Origin: an uncultured Planctomycetales bacterium
GTDB lineage: Bacteria > Omnitrophota > Gorgyraeia > Gygaellales > Profunditerraquicolaceae
Direction of reading: 5' to 3'
Assembly (NCBI GenBank): GCA_964427405.1
Contig: CAYRUB010000004.1
Coordinates: forward strand, 4,236-68,235
DNA length: 64,000 nucleotides
Numbering within the stretch: the stretch's first letter is position 1; the number at the start of each line of letters is the position of its first letter. The position numbers and the translations under genes are program-made. Positions 49,694-60,021 of the stretch are shown in pieces. The notes beneath the pieces were generated by a model, which saw only the letters and a program-made list of their open reading frames with translations, did not search any database and was not told where the DNA came from.

Positions 49694-50530
49694 ATGGAAA
49701 TAATTATACCGGGAAAACATAAGAAGGCCATTCATCCTGTCCTTGTTTTTAAGGAGGCCTGGGGTATTTGTTGGAATAACCTGGGAAAGCTGAGTGTTAT
49801 TTATTTGATTTTTAATTTACCAATCGCCGTTATTTATTTAACGCCAATGGCAAGGGAGCTTCAGAATCAAAGAGCTAACCTTTCGGCAGCTCTTTGGATT
49901 TTCCTTCCGGTATTAATATTAAGTATTTGGGGCCACATTGCCTTACTGCTTAAAGTTAGAAAGGCGGCTGAACTTGAGGATTACACAATTGTCCAAAGTA
50001 TAAGCCAGGTAAAGCCTTTCTTTTTAAAATATCTGGGAGCGGGTTTAATTATTACTTTATTTTTAACAGGGGTGATGATGTTGGGTGGGATATCTGTTGC
50101 AGTGATTTTTCCATTATTGTTTAAGGTTAATAAAATACTGGCAGTATCTATTTGCCTTGTCGTGGCAACAGCGGCTATTGGGTTTTTTATCTATTTTATG
50201 CTGCGTTGGTCTCTTGCCACAACAGTTTGTGTTCTTGAGGATGCCCGGCCCGTTGCCGCTTTAAAGCGCAGCCTTTCCTTAGTTACGGAATATGTACATC
50301 CGGTTGTAGGGACTTATTGCCTGTTTATGCTTATATATATTATTTGCCTGCTTGCCATTATTATTGCCGGGGTATTTTTAGGCGTAGGCAATGATGTTAA
50401 TCAGTCTAACCGGGTGGGTGTAATATTTAGTATATTAATAAATATTGTGCTGGTGCCGTTTTGGATCACGATCACAGTAGTGTTGTATAAAAAATTAAAA
50501 GAGGCGTTAGAAACCAATGTATACGCGTAA
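49694..50530 (+). CDS. polytopic integral membrane protein of unknown function, inserted between gyrB and gyrA
   Basis: 278 aa with about 6 predicted TM helices. Starts 2 nt after the gyrB stop and overlaps the gyrA start by 14 nt. Loose resemblance to DUF975/YciC-like membrane proteins, not verified. Confidence 0.5.
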   Translation: MEIIIPGKHKKAIHPVLVFKEAWGICWNNLGKLSVIYLIFNLPIAVIYLTPMARELQNQRANLSAALWIFLPVLILSIWGHIALLLKVRKAAELEDYTIVQSISQVKPFFLKYLGAGLIITLFLTGVMMLGGISVAVIFPLLFKVNKILAVSICLVVATAAIGFFIYFMLRWSLATTVCVLEDARPVAALKRSLSLVTEYVHPVVGTYCLFMLIYIICLLAIIIAGVFLGVGNDVNQSNRVGVIFSILINIVLVPFWITITVVLYKKLKEALETNVYA

Positions 50531-52949
50531 CGATAAAATAATTCCGGTTTATATTGAAGATGAGGTAAAGGACTCTTATTTGAATTATGCGATGAGCGTG
50601 ATTGTCGGCCGGGCCCTGCCGGATGTTCGTGATGGCCTAAAGCCAGTGCATCGCAGGATTCTTTATGCGATGCAAGATCTTAACCTTGAACACTCCAGGC
50701 CTTATAAAAAATGCGCACGTATAGTCGGTGAAACCATGGGTAAATATCATCCCCATGGAGATATGGCTATTTACGATACTCTAGTAAGAATGGCGCAGGA
50801 TTTTACTTTACGCTATCCCCTGGTGGATGGCCAGGGAAACTTTGGTTCAGTGGATGGAGATACTGCTGCAGCGATGCGTTATACTGAGGCTCGTCTTGCT
50901 GCAATTTCCGAGGAGTTACTTGGGGATATTGATAAGGATACGGTTGTCTTCGGGCCCAACTTTGACTCTTCATTGAAAGAGCCCTTACTTTTACCGGCCA
51001 GCCTTCCTAACCTTTTAGTAAACGGCTCAAGCGGTATTGCTGTGGGCATGGCTACGAATATACCTCCGCATAATTTGAATGAAGTTTGTGATGCGATTAT
51101 TTATCTGCTTGATCATCCTGACGCTGAAATTAAAGACCTTATGCGTTATATTAAAGGGCCGGATTTTCCCACCGGAGGATTAATTTGCGGTAAAGCTGGG
51201 ATTAAGGACGCCTACATGACAGGCAGGGGTAAGCTTTTGGTGCGCGCCAAAGCAACTGTTGAGCATCAGAAAAACGGGAAAGATTTGATCATTTTTACCG
51301 AGATTCCTTATCAGGTACAGAAATCCGGAGTTATTGAGTCTATCGCTGCTTTAGTTGATGATAAAAAAATTGAAGGCATATCTGATATACGTGATGAATC
51401 GGACAAAGAAGGTATGCGTATTGTGATTGAGCTTAAGCGCGATGTTGAATCACAGATTATCCTAAATCAGCTTTTCAAACACACCCAGCTGGAAAATACA
51501 TTTGGCATTATTATGCTGGCCCTGGTGGATAATCGGCCTAAGGTTTTAAATCTACGCCAGGTATTGGATTGTTATGTTGAGCATCGCAGAGTGGTTATCC
51601 GCAGGCGTACACAGTTTGAATTAGATAAAGCCTTAAGGCGTGCGCATATTTTAGAAGGTTTGAAAATCGCGCTTAAGTTTATAGATCGGATTATCAAGGT
51701 TATCAAGACCTCCAAGAGCGTAGAGATTGCCAAGCTAAATCTAATGAAGGAGTTCGGGCTTTCCGAGATTCAGTCACAGGCGATCCTTGAAATGCAGTTG
51801 CAACGCTTGACTGCCCTGGAGCGCGATAAAATTGACGCGGAGTATGAAGAACTTTTAAAGAAAATTGAATTATGCCGGGCGATTTTAGCTTCACAGAAAA
51901 GGATTGAAGCAATTATTAAGGAAGAGCTTGAAAACTTAAAGAAAAAGTATGGGGATGAGCGACGCACGGATATTGTAGGTGAGGCGGAGGAGTTGGAGGT
52001 TGAAGATTTAATCGCCGAAGAGGACGTGGTGGTAACAATCAGCCACGGCGGTTACATTAAACGCCTGCCGGTAAGTTCGTACCGCAAGCAAAAACGCGGA
52101 GGCACGGGAGCAACAGGCGCGGAGCTTAAGGAAGAAGATTTTAGCGAGCATCTTTTTGTTGCCTCGACTAAAGACTATCTGCTTATTTTTACTGATAAAG
52201 GCCAGGTTCACTGGTTAAAGGTTTATGAAATACCTCAGGCCAGTCGTATTTCTAAAGGAAAAGCGATTGTTAATCTTGTGCAAATGGAACAGGCGGCCAA
52301 GGTTAGTTCAACTATTCCGGTAAAAGATTTTTCTCCGGATAAATATTTAGTCATGGTTACCAAGTTTGGGCAGGTTAAGAAGACTAAGCTTGAGGCATAC
52401 GGGAATCCACGCAAGGGCGGGATTATCGGAATCACTTTGGAAAAAGATGATGTGTTGATTGGGGTAGAGATGACTGATGGCAAACAGGAGTTACTTATTG
52501 GGACCAAGCAGGGTAAGGCAATAAGGTTTTCCGAAGAAAAGGTGCGCGATATGGGCAGGGGAGCACAAGGCGTACGTGCAATCTCTTTGGCGAAAAAAGA
52601 TGAAGTTATCGATATGGTAGTCCCGCAAAAGGCCTCTACTATACTTACGGTTACAGCTTTAGGTTTTGCAAAACGTACTACTATAGATGAATACCGGCTC
52701 ACTAGCCGCGGTGGCAAAGGTGTAATCAATATCAGAGTTACGGATAAAAACGGTGAAGCTGTAAATTTAAAGACCGTAAATGACAAGGATGAGCTTATGG
52801 TTATTACTCAAAACGGAATATTCTTACGTTGCGCAATAAAAGATATTCGTGAAACCGGCCGCTCATCTCAAGGTGTGCGGTTGATCAAATTGCAGGACAA
52901 AGACCGGGTTTCTTGTGTCGCTCCGGTAATTGCCGAAGAAGAAGAGTAA
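50517..52949 (+). CDS. gyrA: DNA gyrase subunit A
   Basis: 810 aa; active-site region [10 protein letters not shown] and C-terminal beta-pinwheel repeats. Confidence 0.95.
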   Translation: MYTRNDKIIPVYIEDEVKDSYLNYAMSVIVGRALPDVRDGLKPVHRRILYAMQDLNLEHSRPYKKCARIVGETMGKYHPHGDMAIYDTLVRMAQDFTLRYPLVDGQGNFGSVDGDTAAAMRYTEARLAAISEELLGDIDKDTVVFGPNFDSSLKEPLLLPASLPNLLVNGSSGIAVGMATNIPPHNLNEVCDAIIYLLDHPDAEIKDLMRYIKGPDFPTGGLICGKAGIKDAYMTGRGKLLVRAKATVEHQKNGKDLIIFTEIPYQVQKSGVIESIAALVDDKKIEGISDIRDESDKEGMRIVIELKRDVESQIILNQLFKHTQLENTFGIIMLALVDNRPKVLNLRQVLDCYVEHRRVVIRRRTQFELDKALRRAHILEGLKIALKFIDRIIKVIKTSKSVEIAKLNLMKEFGLSEIQSQAILEMQLQRLTALERDKIDAEYEELLKKIELCRAILASQKRIEAIIKEELENLKKKYGDERRTDIVGEAEELEVEDLIAEEDVVVTISHGGYIKRLPVSSYRKQKRGGTGATGAELKEEDFSEHLFVASTKDYLLIFTDKGQVHWLKVYEIPQASRISKGKAIVNLVQMEQAAKVSSTIPVKDFSPDKYLVMVTKFGQVKKTKLEAYGNPRKGGIIGITLEKDDVLIGVEMTDGKQELLIGTKQGKAIRFSEEKVRDMGRGAQGVRAISLAKKDEVIDMVVPQKASTILTVTALGFAKRTTIDEYRLTSRGGKGVINIRVTDKNGEAVNLKTVNDKDELMVITQNGIFLRCAIKDIRETGRSSQGVRLIKLQDKDRVSCVAPVIAEEEE

Positions 52950-52954
52950 ACTCT

Positions 52955-53029
52955 GACCCTGTCGTCTAGCCTGGTCCAGGACAAGAGCTTTTCAAGCTCT
53001 CGACACGGGTTCAAATCCCGTCAGGGTCA
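52955..53029 (+). tRNA. tRNA-Glu (anticodon TTC)
   Basis: GACCCTGTCGTCTAGCCTGGTCCAGGACAAGAGCTTTTCAAGCTCTCGACACGGGTTCAAATCCCGTCAGGGTCA. Anticodon loop TTTTCAA. Confidence 0.85.
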
Positions 53030-53040
53030 TAATATAGAAT

Positions 53041-53097
53041 GTCCCGCTTCGTACCCGTAGCAAAATTAACTTTTTAATTTTGCTACACTCCGCGGGA
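53041..53097 (+). other. nested perfect hairpin between tRNA-Glu and glmS
   Basis: Outer stem GTCCCGC/GCGGGAT enclosing a 13-bp perfect stem GTAGCAAAATTAA-cttt-TTAATTTTGCTAC. Only 3 T follow, so it is not a clean intrinsic terminator. Confidence 0.3.
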
Positions 53098-53126
53098 TTT
53101 CGCTAGACAAAAACTTAAGGTGCTCA

Positions 53127-54962
53127 ATGTGCGGAATAGTCGGATATATCGGTGAAAGGCCAGCTCAAGAGATTCTTTTGACTGGCCTTAAGCGTTTAGA
53201 ATACCGCGGATATGATTCCAGCGGCATGGCAATAATCCTGCCTGTTAAAAACACCCTGTCAATAAGAAAATCTCCCGGTAAAATCAGTGCGCTTGACAAA
53301 CTGCTTAAATCTAAGCCTCTTGATGGTTCATTGGGGATTGCGCATACCCGTTGGGCTACCCATGGTGCGCCTACCCAGGCCAATGCTCATCCCCATGCTG
53401 ATTGTGATAATGAAATTGCTCTGGTACATAATGGCATTATTGAAAATTATGAAACCTTAAGGAATCAATTACTTAAAGAAGGGCATATATTTCGAAGCCA
53501 AACTGATACAGAGGTTATCGTTCACCTTATTGAGAAGTTTTATACAGATATCCCCCTGGAGGATGCGGTACGCAAAGCCTTAAAATTAGTCACCGGTTCA
53601 TTTGCTATTGCGGTTATTTCCAAGCGCGAGCCCGGGAAACTGATTGGTGCCCGTTCCGGAAGCCCCTTGATTGTGGGAATAGGTAAAAACGAAAATTTTC
53701 TTGCCTCGGATGCTCCGGCAATTTTAGAGTATACCAAGGATATAATTTTCTTAGAGGAAAACGAAATTGCGATTTTAAATAAAGACCGCTTTAAGGTAAT
53801 CGACCTTGCCGGTAATGAAATAATTAAAAATCCGGTGAAACTTAACTGGGATATTGAGCAGGCACAGAAGCAGGGGTATAAGCATTTTATGCTTAAAGAA
53901 ATCAATGAGCAACCGAAGATTATTGAAAACTTGATCAACCTCAGGGTATCAAAGGACAATAAAATTATTTTTAAAGAACAGCATATTAGTATTGAAAAGT
54001 TAAAAAGCATAAAAAACATCTTCGTCGTTGCTTGCGGTACGGCATATCATGCAGGATTAGTGGGAAAATATATATTTGAAACGCTTTCTAATGTCCCTAC
54101 TCAAATAGATGTATCGAGCGAATTTCGTTATCGTGACTTGTTGATTAACAAAGATACCTTGGTTTTGGCAATCAGCCAGTCCGGAGAAACCGCCGATACT
54201 TTAGCGGGGGTCAGGCAGGCACGTAAATTCGGCGCCTCGGTAATTTCTATATGCAATGTCCTGGGCTCAACCTTAACTCGCGAATCAGATGGAGTAATGT
54301 ATACTCATGCCGGACCGGAGATTGGCGTAGCTTCTACTAAGGCCTATACTGCGCAGCTGGCGGCAATTTATTTATTTGCTTTCTATCTGGCAAGAGTTCG
54401 TAATGCCATGCCGTCCGGTAAGATTAACAAGCTAATTAAAGAGTTGAGGAGTATTCCTAAGAAACAGGCAGAGATTTTAAAAGAACAGGATGCGATTGCC
54501 CGTGTTTCCCGCAGGCATTCTCACCTGGGTTCTTTTTTGTACCTGGGTAGAAATGTAAATTACCCTTCAGCCCTGGAGGGCGCTTTAAAATTAAAAGAAA
54601 TTTCATACATTCCCGCCGAAGGTTATGCTGCCGGAGAGATGAAACATGGGCCGATCGCCTTAATTGATGAATATCGGGCGGTGGTTTGTATCGCGTCAGC
54701 CTCAAAAGTTTACGAAAAGATGGTTTCTAATATTCAGGAGATTCGTTCCCGGCGCGGCAAGATTATCGCTATTGCCACCGAAGGGGACAATAACATCAAA
54801 GAGTTGACCGGCGAAGTAGTTTATGTCCCTAAATGCGATGAATTGTTTTCTCCGCTTTTAGTTGCCTTGCCGCTGCAGCTTCTGGCATACCATATATCAG
54901 TTAAGCGTGGCTGCGATGTGGACCAGCCGCGTAACTTAGCCAAGTCAGTAACCGTGGAATAA
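53127..54962 (+). CDS. glmS: glutamine--fructose-6-phosphate aminotransferase (isomerizing)
   Basis: 611 aa; N-terminal MCGIVGYIG class-II glutamine amidotransferase domain, two SIS domains, C-terminal ...KSVTVE. Confidence 0.9.
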   Translation: MCGIVGYIGERPAQEILLTGLKRLEYRGYDSSGMAIILPVKNTLSIRKSPGKISALDKLLKSKPLDGSLGIAHTRWATHGAPTQANAHPHADCDNEIALVHNGIIENYETLRNQLLKEGHIFRSQTDTEVIVHLIEKFYTDIPLEDAVRKALKLVTGSFAIAVISKREPGKLIGARSGSPLIVGIGKNENFLASDAPAILEYTKDIIFLEENEIAILNKDRFKVIDLAGNEIIKNPVKLNWDIEQAQKQGYKHFMLKEINEQPKIIENLINLRVSKDNKIIFKEQHISIEKLKSIKNIFVVACGTAYHAGLVGKYIFETLSNVPTQIDVSSEFRYRDLLINKDTLVLAISQSGETADTLAGVRQARKFGASVISICNVLGSTLTRESDGVMYTHAGPEIGVASTKAYTAQLAAIYLFAFYLARVRNAMPSGKINKLIKELRSIPKKQAEILKEQDAIARVSRRHSHLGSFLYLGRNVNYPSALEGALKLKEISYIPAEGYAAGEMKHGPIALIDEYRAVVCIASASKVYEKMVSNIQEIRSRRGKIIAIATEGDNNIKELTGEVVYVPKCDELFSPLLVALPLQLLAYHISVKRGCDVDQPRNLAKSVTVE

Positions 54963-55615
54963 TGCTTTATATTGTTAGCACTCCCATCGGTAATTTAAAA
55001 GATTTATCTCTCAGGGCGATTGAAGTTTTAAAAAGCGTAGATTTAATTGCCTGCGAAGACACCAGGCATACAAAAATCCTGCTCGATCACTATCTCATTA
55101 AGACACCCACCACGAGTTTTTTTCAGCACAACAGATTTACAAAAGCAGACCACATCCTTGGTTTATTAAAAGAAGGCAAGGATATTGCTTTGGTTTCTGA
55201 CGCCGGGACACCGGGGATTCTTGACCCCGGATATAATTTAATTAATCTGGCCATTAAAAATAACCTGGAAATGACTTTTCTTCCTGGGGCAGCGGCTTTT
55301 GTTAACGCGCTGGTAGTTTCCGGCAAACCCGCCCATGAGTTTTATTTCGGAGGATTTCTGATTAACCGGACTCAGGCACGTAAAAACCAGCTGGAAAAAC
55401 TAAAGAAATTCGGCTGCACTTTAATTTTTTACGAATCTTGTCATAGAATTTTAGCCAGCCTGGAAGATATAAAAGTGGTTTTTGGCGATAAGGAAATTGT
55501 AGTAGCCAGGGAATTAACCAAGAAATTTGAAGAAATCCTGCGTGGAACCCCGGAGGTTGTTAGAAATAAACTTGCTAAAAATAAGCCTCGCGGTGAATTC
55601 GTGATAATTATTTAA
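54962..55615 (+). CDS. rsmI: 16S rRNA (cytidine1402-2'-O)-methyltransferase
   Basis: 217 aa; MLYIVSTPIGNLKDLSLRAIEVLK...CEDTRHT, tetrapyrrole-methylase fold. Confidence 0.8.
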   Translation: MLYIVSTPIGNLKDLSLRAIEVLKSVDLIACEDTRHTKILLDHYLIKTPTTSFFQHNRFTKADHILGLLKEGKDIALVSDAGTPGILDPGYNLINLAIKNNLEMTFLPGAAAFVNALVVSGKPAHEFYFGGFLINRTQARKNQLEKLKKFGCTLIFYESCHRILASLEDIKVVFGDKEIVVARELTKKFEEILRGTPEVVRNKLAKNKPRGEFVIII

Positions 55616-55624
55616 AGAATAGGG

Positions 55625-55652
55625 ATACTTATGCTTGACAAGGCCGCAGTTT
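55625..55652 (+). promoter_or_regulatory. sigma70-like promoter of the pyr operon
   Basis: TTGACA (55625-55630), a 16-nt spacer, then TGaTATAGT extended -10 (55644-55652). Confidence 0.4.
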
Positions 55653-55666
55653 GTGATATAGTTAAA

Positions 55667-55703
55667 GAAATAAGTAGGGACCTTTAAGTCCGGCTCAGTG
55701 AAG
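55667..55703 (+). promoter_or_regulatory. candidate PyrR-binding loop in the pyr leader
   Basis: CUUUAAGUCCGGCUCAGUGAAGCUGGCAAGG resembles the PyrR-binding element of Bacillus pyr leaders (UUUAGAGUCCAGAGAGGCUGAGAAGG, from memory). Located between the promoter and the attenuator hairpin. Confidence 0.35.
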
Positions 55704-55748
55704 CTGGCAAGGCAAATAAAATGATTGAGATTGTATTAAAAAACATGA

Positions 55749-55780
55749 ACCCTTGGCAAAACAGGCCAAGGGTATTTTTT
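55749..55780 (+). terminator. rho-independent terminator (pyr leader attenuator)
   Basis: CCCTTGGC-aaaacag-GCCAAGGG followed by TATTTTTTTG, 35 nt upstream of the pyrR start. Confidence 0.6.
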
Positions 55781-55814
55781 TGTCTCAAGGTAGCAGAATA
55801 GCTCGAGGATATAA

Positions 55815-56353
<539 letters not shown>

Positions 56354-56354
<1 letters not shown>

Positions 56355-57286
56355 TGCTTTGGGCAAAAAAGGATCTTTTAGGGCTTGAATATTTAACACC
56401 GGAAGAAATTGAATTAATTCTTGAAACTGCTGAATCTTTTAAGGAGGTTTCTACCCGTGAGATAAAAAAGGTACCTGCCTTACGCGGTAAAACCGCAGTG
56501 AATCTTTTTTATGAACCGTCTACGCGTACCCGGGTATCTTTTGAAGTAGCTGCTAAACGGCTTTCCGCCGATGTTATTAATATTGCTACAGAAACCTCGA
56601 GCGTCCGGAAAGGCGAAACCTTAATTGATACAGGTAAAAACATTCAGGCGCTCAAGGCAGATATAATTATTATACGGCATAATTGTTCAGGGGCGGCAAA
56701 CATGCTGGCACGCGCATTAGATATCAGTGTTGTCAATGCAGGAGACGGGTGGCATGAACATCCTACTCAGGCATTACTTGATATGTTTACGCTGAAAGAA
56801 AAGTTGGGGAAAATCAAAGGTTTAAATGTAGCCATTGTAGGTGATATAGCGCATTCGCGGGTTGCCCGCTCCAATATTTGGGGTCTGACTAAATTAGGGG
56901 CTAATGTTACTGTATGCGCTCCTGAGATGTTGCTTCCGGTTGGGATAGAGAAGACTGGGGTAAAAACATCAAGCAATATAGATGAGGTCTTGAAAGATAC
57001 CGATGCAGTGAATGTCCTAAGGATGCAGTTTGAGAGGGATGAAGGTACGGCATTCCCTGAGCAGTTGGATTATTATAAAAAATTTGGCATTACCGAGGAA
57101 AGATTGGCTAAGGCTAAGAAAAACATTATTGTTATGCATCCCGGTCCGATTAACCGGGGGATTGAAATATCCAGCGAAGTGGCGGATGGGAAAAATTCAG
57201 TTATCTTAGAACAGGTAACTAATGGGATTGCCGTACGCATGGCGGTTTTGTTCTTAGTAGCCCAGGCAAGGGAAGCAAGAGCATGA
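56354..57286 (+). CDS. pyrB: aspartate carbamoyltransferase catalytic subunit
   Basis: 310 aa; STRTR, HPTQ and HPGP motifs. Confidence 0.9.
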
Positions 57287-58557
57287 GTATATTAATTAAA
57301 GACGGAAGAGTGGTTGATCCGGCGAATAAAATTGATGCTGTTTTGGATATTCTAATTGAAGATAATAAGATAGCCAAGATAGCCAGGGATATTAAAACGC
57401 AGGCAGATAGCATAATTGATGCAACAGGTAAAATTATTGCTCCGGGTATTGTTGATATGCATGTGCATTTACGCCAGCCCGGCAGAGAGGATAGGGAAAC
57501 AGTATCCACTGCTACAGCCGCTGCTGTTAAGGGTGGAGTGACCACGGTTTTGGCTATGCCAAACACCAATCCGGCTATGGATTGCGTAGAAAACATCAAG
57601 TTGCTAAAAGAGGCAATTAATAAGGATGCTAAAATCAATGTGTTTGTCTGTGGCGCTATCACTAAAGGGCGCTTGGGTAAAGAATTAAGTCTGGCCGCGA
57701 TGTTAAAGAAAAACGGCGCTTATGCATTAAGTGATGACGGTTGCTCCGTAGATGATAATGAGCTCATGCTTGAGGCATTTAAGAAAGCAAGGCAAGCCGG
57801 TATTTTGACTATCTGTCACTGTGAGGATAAAAAAATTTCCGGTAAAGGGGTGATTAATTTAGGTTTTAATTCTACGCGGCTGGGGCTGCGGGGCATTTCT
57901 AATGAATCAGAATATAAAAGAGTGGCGCGCGATATTGAATTGGCAGAAAAAGCTGGCGCAACCGTGCATATTGCCCACGTTAGCTGTCGGCAATCAGTAG
58001 AAATAATTGCCAAGGCCAAAAGAAAGGGCACAAAGGTAACTTGTGAAACCGCTCCTCACTATTTTTCTCTAACAGAAGACGCGCTTTTGGGATATGATAC
58101 AAATATGAAGATGAATCCTCCGCTGAGAAGCCCTGAAGACCTGGCGGTGGTTAAGCAGGGCTTAAGGGATGGAACAATTGATGTTATTGCTTCCGACCAT
58201 GCTCCGCATACGGAGAATGAAAAGGATATTGAATTTGAACGCGCAGAGTTTGGGGTGATTGGGCTGGAGACTGAATTAGCTGTAAGTATAACTGAGTTGA
58301 TTGATTCAAAATTATTAGATTGGACCAGGCTGTTTGAGAAGCTTAGTTTTAATCCTGCCAAGATCTTAGGTATAGATAAGGGCTCTTTAAGCCAGGGAAG
58401 GGCAGCAGACGTAGTGATTATTTCCGGTGAAAAAGAATGGCAGGTTAGAAAAAATGAGCTGGTTTCTAAATCTAAAAACTCCGCATTCCTCGGCCGTACC
58501 TTAAAAGGAGTGGTAGATTATACAATTTGCAACGGAAAGATAGTATATAAAAAATAG
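57283..58557 (+). CDS. pyrC: dihydroorotase
   Basis: 424 aa amidohydrolase (DMHVHLRQPG...; DHAPH). Confidence 0.85.
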   Translation: MSILIKDGRVVDPANKIDAVLDILIEDNKIAKIARDIKTQADSIIDATGKIIAPGIVDMHVHLRQPGREDRETVSTATAAAVKGGVTTVLAMPNTNPAMDCVENIKLLKEAINKDAKINVFVCGAITKGRLGKELSLAAMLKKNGAYALSDDGCSVDDNELMLEAFKKARQAGILTICHCEDKKISGKGVINLGFNSTRLGLRGISNESEYKRVARDIELAEKAGATVHIAHVSCRQSVEIIAKAKRKGTKVTCETAPHYFSLTEDALLGYDTNMKMNPPLRSPEDLAVVKQGLRDGTIDVIASDHAPHTENEKDIEFERAEFGVIGLETELAVSITELIDSKLLDWTRLFEKLSFNPAKILGIDKGSLSQGRAADVVIISGEKEWQVRKNELVSKSKNSAFLGRTLKGVVDYTICNGKIVYKK

Positions 58558-58560
58558 AAA

Positions 58561-59799
58561 ATGGAATTTATCGCCGATTTTCATATTCATTCAAAATACT
58601 CCCGGGCCACTAGCCGTGATATGGATGTTAAGCATTTGGCGGAGTGGGCAAAATTAAAAGGCGTTACCCTTATGGGTACCGGAGATTTTACGCATCATCT
58701 CTGGCTGGAAGAGTTAAAACATACATTAGAAGATTGTGGAAACGGTTTATATAAGCATGCAGGTATATATTTTATGCTTACTGCCGAAGTAAGCAGTATT
58801 TACTCTAAGGGCGGGCGTACCTACCGCATCCATAATTTAATTTTCAGCCCTTCATTTAAAAGCGTCGATAAGATAAATGAGAGGCTGGGTAGGATAGGTA
58901 ACCTGGCTAGCGACGGCCGTCCAATATTGGGTTTGGATGCCGCAGAATTAGCGCGTATTGTCTTTGATATTGATGAAAACTGCATGATTGTACCTGGTCA
59001 TATCTGGACTCCATGGTTTTCTGTGTTTGGCTCTATGTCGGGTTTTGATAAGATTGAAGATTGTTTTGAGGCGCAGACAGAAAAGATATTCGCCCTCGAA
59101 ACCGGGCTTTCAAGTGACCCGACAATGAATTGGCGCCTGAGCGCTTTAGACAGGTTTACTTTAATCTCCAATAGCGACTCACATTCTCCTTCAAGAATTG
59201 GCCGTGAGGCAAATGTTTTTAACTGCGAACTGGATTATAAAACCATAAGGGATGTTTTAAAAACGAAAGACAAAAAAAGATTTCTTTATACCATAGAATT
59301 TTTCCCTGAGGAAGGTAAATATCATTTTGACGGCCACAGGCTTTGCGGGATCCGCTGGTCGCCCCAAGAAACTAAAGCGCATAACGGAAAATGTCCTAAG
59401 TGTGGCAAGAGTGTAACTGTGGGGGTAGCTAATCGGGTTGAAAAATTAGCTGACCGTCAAGAAGGGTTTGTTCCGGATAATGCCATACCTTTTAAGAATC
59501 TTGTTTCATTGGACCAGATAATTGCGGAAACAAAAGGCGTAGCCAAAACGAGCGTAGGGGTCGAAAGAGATTACCGCAGCTACTTAGCAAATTTTGGCAC
59601 AGAGTTTGACATATTGATGCGCGCTTCCAGGGAAGATTTACTTAAAAAGTTACCAGCTAAGGTTGTTGAAGGCGTTATGAGGGCGCGAGCCGGCAAGGTT
59701 AGCATAAAACCCGGTTACGATGGAGAATATGGGATAATTTCAATATTTGACAAAGATAAGCCCGAAGAAAAACACGAACAACAGCTTGATTTGTTCTAA
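58561..59799 (+). CDS. PHP-domain metal-dependent phosphoesterase with a Cys/His zinc-ribbon-like segment (possibly endonuclease-Q-like)
   Basis: 412 aa. N-terminal PHP signature ADFHIHSKYSRATS. Later HFDGHRLCGIRWSPQETKAHNGKCPKCG. Embedded between pyrC and tRNA-Arg/carA. Confidence 0.45.
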   Translation: MEFIADFHIHSKYSRATSRDMDVKHLAEWAKLKGVTLMGTGDFTHHLWLEELKHTLEDCGNGLYKHAGIYFMLTAEVSSIYSKGGRTYRIHNLIFSPSFKSVDKINERLGRIGNLASDGRPILGLDAAELARIVFDIDENCMIVPGHIWTPWFSVFGSMSGFDKIEDCFEAQTEKIFALETGLSSDPTMNWRLSALDRFTLISNSDSHSPSRIGREANVFNCELDYKTIRDVLKTKDKKRFLYTIEFFPEEGKYHFDGHRLCGIRWSPQETKAHNGKCPKCGKSVTVGVANRVEKLADRQEGFVPDNAIPFKNLVSLDQIIAETKGVAKTSVGVERDYRSYLANFGTEFDILMRASREDLLKKLPAKVVEGVMRARAGKVSIKPGYDGEYGIISIFDKDKPEEKHEQQLDLF

Positions 59800-59807
59800 G
59801 AAATAAC

Positions 59808-59879
59808 GCGCCTGTGGCTCAACGGATAGAGCACTAGCCTCCGAAGCTGGTGGTGCAGGTTCAATTCCTGCCAGGCGCA
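59808..59879 (+). tRNA. tRNA-Arg (anticodon CCG)
   Basis: GCGCCTGTGGCTCAACGGATAGAGCACTAGCCTCCGAAGCTGGTGGTGCAGGTTCAATTCCTGCCAGGCGCA. Anticodon loop CTCCGAA. Confidence 0.8.
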
Positions 59880-60021
59880 ATAAGTAATAAGTAGAAATAC
59901 ATATTGAAGATATGTGGAGCAAATATCCCATAAACTAGCTAAAAAAGTGGTTAAAGTGGTTTATATTCTGGTTTAATACGGTTCAGGTGGAACAATTAAG
60001 GCAGATAGGAGAGGTCAGGCC

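Noticed and set aside
53030-53126. Possible glmS ribozyme upstream of glmS
   Set aside because: The spacer is only about 97 nt and lacks the conserved glmS ribozyme core. It contains only a simple nested hairpin.
59740-59931. 63-aa minus-strand ORF
   Set aside because: Antisense to tRNA-Arg and the PHP gene 3' end. Spurious.
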